From NCBI GenBank assembly GCA_903936565.1, contig CAIZVZ010000001.1, positions 29,401 through 93,400 on the forward strand: a DNA stretch of 64,000 bases, given 5' to 3'. The notes under the pieces are model-generated. The model saw only the letters and a program-made list of their open reading frames with translations. It was not told the origin of the DNA and did no database searches. Numbering within the stretch: the first letter of the stretch is position 1; each line of letters starts with the position of its first letter. The DNA is from an uncultured bacterium (GTDB taxonomy: Bacteria; Patescibacteriota; Minisyncoccia; Phycocordibacterales; CAIZLB01). The position numbers and the translations under genes were made by a program. Below, piece by piece: positions 56,652 through 64,000 of this stretch.

Positions 56652-56833
56652 TGTTAAATAAATCACCTTATGGCTTTTTGTATCGTTTCATCTTAGACGC
56701 AGTTGTCTTAATCACAATTGATGTTTTTTTCTTGCAGATGTCAAATGCACCAACATCCACTTTTATCAGAGACATCTTTATTATTTTAGTAATTAGTTTT
56801 GCAGACGCCTGGTTTAGGTTTAGATCTTTTTAA
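56651..56833 (+). CDS. small single-TM hypothetical protein (second gene of coupled pair)
   Basis: 60 aa, TM helix LDAVVLITIDVFFL. Confidence 0.25.
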   Translation: MLNKSPYGFLYRFILDAVVLITIDVFFLQMSNAPTSTFIRDIFIILVISFADAWFRFRSF

Positions 56834-56838
56834 AGATG

Positions 56839-57207
56839 CTATCGAACAATCTCCGTATCAAACCATTGCTCCTGAAAATGAATTGCAGACATAATTTCTT
56901 CATCTGTCATTTCAACCCCCTCTGGAACAACTATAAGCTTATCGTCATCATTATCTCTTCTGTGAGCTATAGCAATACAGACACCATCGCCTGAAGCAAC
57001 CGGCTCATTAACACCTAATAAATAAGCATCGAGCTCTTCCCCATCTGGTGCAGTTATTCCATCGATATAACCATAATTAGCTTCATAAACGAAACCATGT
57101 TTTGGATGCTTTGTGCCCAGCGCGCGATCTATTGTAACTTTTACCTTCTTACCAAGTTGATCTTTAGCGAGAATAAGTGATATTGAGTTTTCTTTTTGTG
57201 TTTCCAT
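56839..57207 (-). CDS. short inorganic-pyrophosphatase-like protein
   Basis: YEANYGYIDGT and DGEELDAYLLGVNEPVASGDGVCIAIAHRRDNDDDKLIVV resemble the family-I PPase core (DGDPLDVLVL...D.KI.AV); only 122 aa. Confidence 0.42.
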   Translation of the reverse strand: METQKENSISLILAKDQLGKKVKVTIDRALGTKHPKHGFVYEANYGYIDGITAPDGEELDAYLLGVNEPVASGDGVCIAIAHRRDNDDDKLIVVPEGVEMTDEEIMSAIHFQEQWFDTEIVR

Positions 57208-57237
57208 ATTTATTTATATTACTTAATAATAGATTAC

Positions 57238-57957
57238 TTACTCTTTTTCAAAAGTAAACACCGTACAAATATATTCGTCACTATTTAATTTATCCTTCTT
57301 AATAAGCTTCAGACCATTATCCTCAAGTAGTGCCTTATAGTAGTCTTCTTCTCTATCATAATCGATAACAGTACCCATGTCCGGTATTTCAACATAATGA
57401 AGATATTCCTTATATTCAATACCCTTAAATTCAATAACATTCTGCTCTATAAATAGATCCTTTTTGGTTTCTAATTTATTCCTCAAATACTCCTCATTAG
57501 ACACGACAATAATCAACTTCCCTTTTTCTTTTAGCATCGCCGATATTTTTTGAGCAATTTCAATTAGATCTATCTCAATAAAATGAGGAAAAATATAAAT
57601 TGCGGTGACGAAATCAAACTTCTTATCCGTTGTATAATCTTGGAATGATTTCTGGCTTATTTCAACATCACCTTTATCTGTATCACTATTTATAAAGTAA
57701 TCATAACTTTTTTTAGATGGTTCACATCCAGAGATGGAAATATTGTCGCCAAATTTGTCTTTTAACATTCTTATAAAAAAACCAATCCCCGACCCTATAT
57801 CAAATAAACTAATAGGCGTATCGCCTTTTGAGATAATTTCATCTATTACAAATTTGTTTACAGCCACATTAAGCTGTGTCTTGTCTTGATTTACCCAATT
57901 AATCTTGTCGTATTGTTGAAAGAAGAAGTTTCGATTTTTCATTTTCACATAATACAA
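57238..57957 (-). CDS. class I SAM-dependent methyltransferase
   Basis: Motif I LFDIGSGIGFF; acidic motif II. Confidence 0.7.
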   Translation of the reverse strand: MYYVKMKNRNFFFQQYDKINWVNQDKTQLNVAVNKFVIDEIISKGDTPISLFDIGSGIGFFIRMLKDKFGDNISISGCEPSKKSYDYFINSDTDKGDVEISQKSFQDYTTDKKFDFVTAIYIFPHFIEIDLIEIAQKISAMLKEKGKLIIVVSNEEYLRNKLETKKDLFIEQNVIEFKGIEYKEYLHYVEIPDMGTVIDYDREEDYYKALLEDNGLKLIKKDKLNSDEYICTVFTFEKE

Positions 57958-57990
57958 TAAATTGTCTGTTTTTGCTATATGTAGTTTATT

Positions 57991-58488
57991 TTACCTAGTT
58001 AACTTCTTCTCCATTACAACAACATCAAGATACGCACCCTCACTCTTCTTAAAATCATTCTTTAAAAACTCAACTTGTTCGTAGCCATTTTTACTATAAA
58101 ATTCTATTGTCTTTGGTTTATCTCCCATAACATACAATCTGCTTTTTGTAGACCCGAAATTTTTTGCCCACTCTTCTTGATTTGAAATTAGTTCTTTTGC
58201 AACACCCCTTCCACGATACTCAGGCATAACACCAAGCTTACCCAAAATCACCACACCATCCTCTCCTTCTTGAAAATGAACTTCCCCCATTCCAACAGCA
58301 ACACCACCCTCTGTGGCAATAAAAGTTTTCTTTGTATCTTTGCTAAGTTTTTCACTCCAAATTTGATCAGTCAGTTTTGATACAATATCATATTCATCAG
58401 CAAAAGCGTCTGGGTCATTTTTAAGTAAAGTTAAAAATAAATTTCTTACGCTCATCCAGTCATGAGTTGTAGCGATTCTAATTTCCAT
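57991..58488 (-). CDS. GNAT family N-acetyltransferase
   Basis: Motif A VMPEYRGRGVAKELI. Confidence 0.75.
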   Translation of the reverse strand: MEIRIATTHDWMSVRNLFLTLLKNDPDAFADEYDIVSKLTDQIWSEKLSKDTKKTFIATEGGVAVGMGEVHFQEGEDGVVILGKLGVMPEYRGRGVAKELISNQEEWAKNFGSTKSRLYVMGDKPKTIEFYSKNGYEQVEFLKNDFKKSEGAYLDVVVMEKKLTR

Positions 58489-58531
58489 ATATTGATTATA
58501 TCAGAATTTTGTGTGAACTAAAGGTATCCAA

Positions 58532-59047
58532 CTACGCCAACCCCATGATCTCTCCCACAACATCATCTATATTCCCCTCTGTACTAACTGGAATTGCCCC
58601 AAGGGAAAGCATTAGCAGATCAAACTCACTTTGCCATAGAACGTTGTCCTCTTGTTCAGCTTTAGTCTTGCCGTATCCAGATTTATTATTCCTGGTTTCC
58701 AAGCGGCGTGTTAAAGTTTCAGGATTTGACTGCAATAAAATTACCTTATCAAAAGTCGACAGAAATTCGGCTTGATTGCTACCACTAGTTGTTCCCGCTG
58801 CTATAATATCATTATATTGACTGAGTATTTCTTTCAATTTATCAATATCACACAGACGGTCAACATTATCAAACCAATCTTTTGAATGCACTGGGGAATA
58901 TTTAACCCTTTCCTTTGTATTATTATCCTGCCAAAAAAATAATCCAGGGATGTCATGAAGATCAATAGCTTCAACACCTCGCTTATTAAGTTCTTGTACA
59001 ATTGTGGATTTTCCAGTTCCAGCGATGCCTGTTATTAGTGTTTTCAT
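58532..59047 (-). CDS. P-loop NTPase, nucleoside/nucleotide-kinase-like
   Basis: Walker A ITGIAGTGKST at N-terminus, 171 aa. Confidence 0.6.
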   Translation of the reverse strand: MKTLITGIAGTGKSTIVQELNKRGVEAIDLHDIPGLFFWQDNNTKERVKYSPVHSKDWFDNVDRLCDIDKLKEILSQYNDIIAAGTTSGSNQAEFLSTFDKVILLQSNPETLTRRLETRNNKSGYGKTKAEQEDNVLWQSEFDLLMLSLGAIPVSTEGNIDDVVGEIMGLA

Positions 59048-59069
59048 TTATCAAATATAGCACAAAATA

Positions 59070-59999
59070 TTATGTAGCCGACTCCAATAGGCAATTTATC
59101 AACTCTTTCATAGACAAACCGTAGGCCTCAGCCTCAGCTGGTATAAAAGATGTTTTTGTCATACCAGGCAAAGTATTAGTTTCTAGAACGTATATTTTAT
59201 TCGATTCAGTCAATATGAAGTCCGTTCTTGAAATTGACTTACAGTCCAAAAGAACATGGCACCTTAATGCAATGTCCTGAATTTTTGCAGCAGCATTAAC
59301 TTCAATATCAGCTGGTGTTATTTCTAAACATTCGCCAAGCGTATATTTTGCTTTATAATCAAATATTTTTGTTGAATCAACAATTATTTCCGAAACAGGC
59401 AAGGCGACAACCTTACCATCAATCTCTATAACCCCACAAGTGAATTCCCTACCTAAGATGAATTCCTGTGCGAGCATATCTTTATAAATTGAAAAGATGT
59501 CCTCTTGCATTTCTTCGTACTCCGCTAAGGAATTACATTTAAAAAGACCTATACTTGAACCCTCATTTACGGGTTTTATAATTATCGGAAAATCTATAGA
59601 AATCTTTGGATTATCTTTTGTTATAATTTGCCCTTTAGGTATACAAAGATCGTTTTCAGCAAATAATTTATTTGATGCATTTTTATCAATAGCAATCCCT
59701 GAAGATACACTTCCAGATCCTACAAATGGAATACCAGCCCTTTCTAAAAGTTCCTGGAGTGTGCCGTCTTCACCAAAGGTTCCATGAAGAACGGGGTAAA
59801 CAATGTCACACTCTGTCTCAATTACATCATTGATATTAAATTCGCTGTCTTTGGGAATAAAAAGTTCCACTACATCAAATTTTGAAGTATCAATATTTTC
59901 AATTACATTTTTAGCAGAACTAATTGACACTTCGTGTTCATTTGACGGTCCCCCGTATAGTATAGCTACCTTAAGCTTTTTTGTTGATTCCTCATTCAT
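59070..59999 (-). CDS. ddl: D-alanine--D-alanine ligase (ATP-grasp), paralogue 2
   Basis: VAILYGGPSNEHEVS..., LHGTFGEDGTLQELLERAGIPFVGSG, C-terminal LETNTLPGMTKTS. Confidence 0.8.
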   Translation of the reverse strand: MNEESTKKLKVAILYGGPSNEHEVSISSAKNVIENIDTSKFDVVELFIPKDSEFNINDVIETECDIVYPVLHGTFGEDGTLQELLERAGIPFVGSGSVSSGIAIDKNASNKLFAENDLCIPKGQIITKDNPKISIDFPIIIKPVNEGSSIGLFKCNSLAEYEEMQEDIFSIYKDMLAQEFILGREFTCGVIEIDGKVVALPVSEIIVDSTKIFDYKAKYTLGECLEITPADIEVNAAAKIQDIALRCHVLLDCKSISRTDFILTESNKIYVLETNTLPGMTKTSFIPAEAEAYGLSMKELINCLLESAT

Positions 60000-60009
60000 G
60001 GCATTTATA

Positions 60010-60612
60010 TCACTTCATCTTATTGATCAAAGTCTCATCTTTCAACTGCTCCACCGACTTAAATACAATACCATTTAGCCCATATTCCTTTGCCTTAAGC
60101 ACGTTTTTCTCGCCATCATCAATAAAGACTGCCTCATCTGGCGCAACCCCCAATTTCTGCAATGTAATATCAAATATTTCCTTACTTGGCTTTTTAATTC
60201 CAAGTTCCCAAGAAAAGGACATAACATCGAACATTTCTCGTATCCCCCACTTGTCCAAAACACTTGATTCGAACACAGTAGTATTTGATATAAATCCGAG
60301 CTTATAGTTTTCTTTAAGTTTGATTAGCAAATCTTTCATTCCTTCAAACATAGTTGCTTTTTCTATACCTTCTCTAAATAGATTTATTATAAATTCTTCA
60401 TTTTCAATATTATCCTTAATATTGAATTCCCTGAGAAAATTTATTGCCATTTCCTTTTCTGACTTCCAATTATTTAATTGGACGGAGGTCTCATATAAAT
60501 GCATAAATTCTGAAGATTTTTCAATTCCGAATCTCTCTTGCAGCGACCTTGAAATACCGACATTCTTTGTTCCAAGCGTCTCCCACAGGTCAAAAATAAT
60601 TGCTTTTATCAT
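60010..60612 (-). CDS. HAD-superfamily hydrolase
   Basis: Motif I IIFDLWETL, motif II FISNT, motif IV FIDDGEKN. Confidence 0.75.
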   Translation of the reverse strand: MIKAIIFDLWETLGTKNVGISRSLQERFGIEKSSEFMHLYETSVQLNNWKSEKEMAINFLREFNIKDNIENEEFIINLFREGIEKATMFEGMKDLLIKLKENYKLGFISNTTVFESSVLDKWGIREMFDVMSFSWELGIKKPSKEIFDITLQKLGVAPDEAVFIDDGEKNVLKAKEYGLNGIVFKSVEQLKDETLINKMK

Positions 60613-60674
60613 TTGGTCATTATAGCAAATTATCAGAAGTTATAAACATATCAGCCTACTTTTGTTTAGTAGAA

Positions 60675-61790
60675 TTATTGCCTTTCAGAACACCTATGTT
60701 GACCCGTATCAGTCTTCGACATAGTCTTTAAATCCAAGATTACGTAAGTATCAATCGCAGATCCCAATCCTCGAGAATTATTAAGTTCAAGATTTGAGCA
60801 GTTTTCATTTGTAGCCTCTTCAGATGTGTTTGACCAATAACTTATTTTATTATTCTTTATCGTCACAGGTTTTGAATATGAGTCATTATAAACCATCTGT
60901 CTCTTTGTTAGATCAAATATTGTTAAGCCGCGTGGTTCAGGTCCAGTTCCTTCATCAATAATTAGAAAATTATTCTCTAGTGCAAATACATATTGAGCAC
61001 CATCGTTATTTTTTATCTCAAAATCTTGATCTTCTTTATCATATTTACACGAAATATTTTGATTAACTGATGTTTTGTATTTTATAAGAATATCAGATCC
61101 AACACTTTCGGTGAGTCTCTTTGAGACTATGAAATATTTAGCATTTTCAAAGCAATCATTTTGATATACTCTACTATTTAGTATGCAAACTTTTGGCGAA
61201 TTATAATTTGGCGTTGCATCTTTACCTCCATTTTGCATACACCACTCATATTTAACCTTATCAGACACCTCTATCGCAGTAGACGTTGCTTCAACTTTAT
61301 CAGGATCGCAAAGTTTTGTTGGAGTAAAGATTGGCGTAGCATCACCAACATTTTTTGATACCCCCATTGAATCCACACACCACCAGCTATTCATACCCGA
61401 AACATAGGCTGCTGTAGCCCAAGAATTTCCATTTGCAAAACACCTCGTCCTATTAATTGGGGAAGTTCCAACAATATTTAATATTTTTAATATATTATCT
61501 GGTCCATAAGAGGTGCGGTCATTAAAAAATGAACCTTCATCTGTATTTGGTCTGATTGTACAATTATCGAGTCTAAAACTTCCATAACTATCATTATGCT
61601 TAGAAGCATAAATTTCTGCATCTGTTCTAAGGCTATTCAAGGAGTGGATGAGTGGATTGTTATCTGGGCTATTTTTAGGCAAAGAGTCCCCGGAAAATAA
61701 TCCAAGCATAACGTATAATATTATCGCTATTAAGATAATTACAAATGTTATTCTGAAATAGACATCTTGAATCATCAATTTTATTTTCAT
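60675..61790 (-). CDS. secreted Cys-rich hypothetical protein (N-terminal TM anchor)
   Basis: 371 aa; ~14 Cys. Confidence 0.45.
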   Translation of the reverse strand: MKIKLMIQDVYFRITFVIILIAIILYVMLGLFSGDSLPKNSPDNNPLIHSLNSLRTDAEIYASKHNDSYGSFRLDNCTIRPNTDEGSFFNDRTSYGPDNILKILNIVGTSPINRTRCFANGNSWATAAYVSGMNSWWCVDSMGVSKNVGDATPIFTPTKLCDPDKVEATSTAIEVSDKVKYEWCMQNGGKDATPNYNSPKVCILNSRVYQNDCFENAKYFIVSKRLTESVGSDILIKYKTSVNQNISCKYDKEDQDFEIKNNDGAQYVFALENNFLIIDEGTGPEPRGLTIFDLTKRQMVYNDSYSKPVTIKNNKISYWSNTSEEATNENCSNLELNNSRGLGSAIDTYVILDLKTMSKTDTGQHRCSERQ

Positions 61791-61952
61791 GGATCAATAA
61801 TAACATAAATTACTTAAATCATTCATACCCACGGTATAGACTGAAATAATGTTAATCTATAACCACCCGCAGCTTCGGCCACTTTTTTAACCAATTTTTA
61901 CTTTCGACTCTATTAATGGACGTCTCTAGGTCCATTTTACGAACAGGATCAA

Positions 61953-62711
61953 CTATTCAGACAAATGCGGCTTCGTTATGAAATACTGCAAACTATTAAA
62001 CCACTGACCAGCTGCATCAGATTTTCTTGAAAGTAATAACGTGGCGCCCATTTTATTAAAAAGCTTTTCAGCCTCTTTTTGAGAAATATAATGCATTTCC
62101 ATGTGAGGAGTTTTTACAAAAAAGAATACCAGGCGTCTCCAGATGAGCATGGCACGATAAATAACCTCAACAAGTATTTTATATTTTGTTTTTATTTCAG
62201 TTGGTTCTTGAAAAATAAGTAACCCACCAGGCTTTAGAGTTCGATACATTTCTACAATATACATCTTAGCCAGATTTGGACTCATGTGTTGAAGTGTAAT
62301 ATTACTATATATAAAATCAAAAGAGTCAGACTCAAATAAACTCAAATCCGATTTCAGATTCAAATGAAATGAAACCCTACCCACATTTTTGTTATATTCT
62401 GATGCTTTGTCCACCATGGTAGGTGATATGTCTACCCCCTTAACCTCACTGAAATATTCAGCCAAAGCTTGTGTAAGCCTTCCAACTCCACATCCAAAAT
62501 CAAGTGCACATCCAAAGTTCAATGGCAATGATTGATTTTTTACGTACGAAATAACTTCATCAATCTCACTTTTTCCAGTTTCAAAAAACTCTTGTAAATC
62601 CCACCTTGAATTTTTCTTCTCATCATGGGTTATAATTGACCAAAGTGGGTCTGTTGTAGCATGTTTTTCCCAATTTGCATGTACAGCATTTAAATGTTTT
62701 TTCAAATTCAT
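61953..62711 (-). CDS. class I SAM-dependent methyltransferase
   Basis: Motif I LDFGCGVGRLT, post-I VKGVDISPTMV, LKPGGLLIF. Confidence 0.75.
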   Translation of the reverse strand: MNLKKHLNAVHANWEKHATTDPLWSIITHDEKKNSRWDLQEFFETGKSEIDEVISYVKNQSLPLNFGCALDFGCGVGRLTQALAEYFSEVKGVDISPTMVDKASEYNKNVGRVSFHLNLKSDLSLFESDSFDFIYSNITLQHMSPNLAKMYIVEMYRTLKPGGLLIFQEPTEIKTKYKILVEVIYRAMLIWRRLVFFFVKTPHMEMHYISQKEAEKLFNKMGATLLLSRKSDAAGQWFNSLQYFITKPHLSE

Positions 62712-62797
62712 ATATTAGAACTATACCATAGATATTTGTGACAGCCACATGCTACCGAGTAGATGATCACAGTTTTACTCATTATACTCAGAAATAC

Positions 62798-63187
62798 CTA
62801 CTCATTTCGTTTACTCATCCATCTAATAAAATCCTTAAGTACCGCAACTACCGAGACTAATAAAATTACAGCCAGAATTGGACCAATTAGTAAATTACCT
62901 ATTGACCAAGAATCGATGATAATTGACAATTCATTATCTTGAACACCGATAATAATCAAAATAATATAAAGTAATATAAATACGTATGCAAGGTAATTTT
63001 TCTTCACAACAGATACCTGTGCAACATTTGAGTCCTTCCTTCTATTCATAAAATACGTCAAAGTAAATAATATCCAAATCGGAATTAAAATCATTCCAAA
63101 CAAAAGGGGTTCTCCTGGAAAAAATACCGGGAACAACAACAGCAGAATAGTAACGATTACATATATTGATATGTTTTTATATTTCAT
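62798..63187 (-). CDS. small polytopic membrane protein, hypothetical
   Basis: 129 aa, 4 hydrophobic helices. Confidence 0.4.
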   Translation of the reverse strand: MKYKNISIYVIVTILLLLFPVFFPGEPLLFGMILIPIWILFTLTYFMNRRKDSNVAQVSVVKKNYLAYVFILLYIILIIIGVQDNELSIIIDSWSIGNLLIGPILAVILLVSVVAVLKDFIRWMSKRNE

Positions 63188-63312
63188 ATTTAAATTGTAT
63201 CACAACAATCTGTAATATTTACACCCGTCAGCATTATCTGTTACGGAATTGTAAAAGGAGCTTGCTGCTGATAACAGTATGACTTATCTAATTAGTTGTC
63301 AAATAATAAATC

Positions 63313-64000
63313 CTATTTTTCAACTAGATACATCAACACCTTATAATCAAACCTAAACATTCCTTCAATCAAACATTCCGATACACTCCTCTCATTTTCT
63401 TCCATATACTTTTCTTTTTGTTCATCGCTAAGTAGATTGAATGTTGAATGTGATGTAATAAAGCCTAATATTTCATCTTTAGTATACCACTCAGTTAAAT
63501 CAAGTTCTTTAAACTGAACCTTCGTAAAACCTACTCTATAAAAAATATCTGCCGTGATTGGCTCCTTACCTGACTCTGCTTTGCCACTAAAATACTTCTT
63601 AAAATTAAGATGGGCAAATTCAGGAATATTCCTTTTTGTAATCCCCTTTCCACTTTTATAAAATACGACCAATTTACCATCGTTCTTCAGTAATTTAAAT
63701 ATTTTTTTTCCAGCGACATCATAATCAAGCCAGCTATATGCTGCGGCCGCGGTTACCAGGTCAAAAGAATCATCTGGATATGAAATATCTTCAACCTTAC
63801 CAATAACGTATTCAACATTGTCACCGGCTTCCAATTGAGCAGCCTCCACCATTTCTCTCTCCTTATCGATTCCAATAATCTTTTGGTAGTGTTTAGCAAG
63901 ATGATTTGTAACAATTCCAGTACCACAGCCAATATCTAAAACATTAGAATCTTTGCCATCACAAAATGCATAAATAAGTTCATATACCTGATCTGGATAG
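63313..64000 (-). CDS. class I SAM-dependent methyltransferase (Methyltransf_11/UbiE-like); 5' end beyond window
   Basis: Frame stays open upstream of the listed ATG to the window edge and encodes VLDIGCGTGIVTNHLAKHYQKIIGIDKEREMV (motif I), then LKNDGKLVVF. Confidence 0.75.
   Translation of the reverse strand, partial: YPDQVYELIYAFCDGKDSNVLDIGCGTGIVTNHLAKHYQKIIGIDKEREMVEAAQLEAGDNVEYVIGKVEDISYPDDSFDLVTAAAAYSWLDYDVAGKKIFKLLKNDGKLVVFYKSGKGITKRNIPEFAHLNFKKYFSGKAESGKEPITADIFYRVGFTKVQFKELDLTEWYTKDEILGFITSHSTFNLLSDEQKEKYMEENERSVSECLIEGMFRFDYKVLMYLVEK

Noticed and set aside
1-64000. Alternative genetic code (UGA=Gly, code 25) as in some CPR lineages
   Set aside because: Long uninterrupted ORFs under the standard code, stops mostly TAA/TAG, and TGA falls exactly at the ends of sensible gene models (7089, 8710, 3807), so standard code 11 fits.
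1-64000. CRISPR array, integrase/transposase or prophage structural genes
   Set aside because: No regularly spaced direct repeats and no recombinase or phage structural signatures were seen anywhere in the window; the compositional islets lack mobility genes.

Overview
64-kb AT-rich (roughly mid-30s % GC by eye) bacterial chromosomal segment, translated with the standard code; stops are mostly TAA/TAG, with TGA seen only on three GC-rich genes. The gene content (many secreted or membrane-anchored hypotheticals, giant surface proteins, little metabolism) suggests a reduced-genome, Patescibacteria/CPR-like organism, but that is inference from composition only. Recognisable housekeeping genes are asnB, rpmA (L27), rplU (L21, unlinked from rpmA), a cdaA fused to a YbbR/CdaR-like domain, a Pif1-family helicase, an ABC exporter, tRNA-Ala(UGC), two ddl paralogues, uvrC lacking its C-terminal HhH domain, dnaB, recR, rmuC, a GatB/YqeY protein, an SPFH protein, a P-type ATPase and mazG. 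The 3' ~14 kb is a co-directional run of small enzymes: SAM methyltransferases, GNAT, HAD, P-loop kinase, a CrtI-family oxidoreductase, and UDG-like, Nif3-insert-like and PPase-like proteins. Findings flagged for a second look are listed in the findings array. No CRISPR array, integrase/transposase or rRNA is visible. Most rho-independent terminators can be read directly as GC hairpin plus T-tract. All product calls rest on motifs I recognise by eye, not on database searches.
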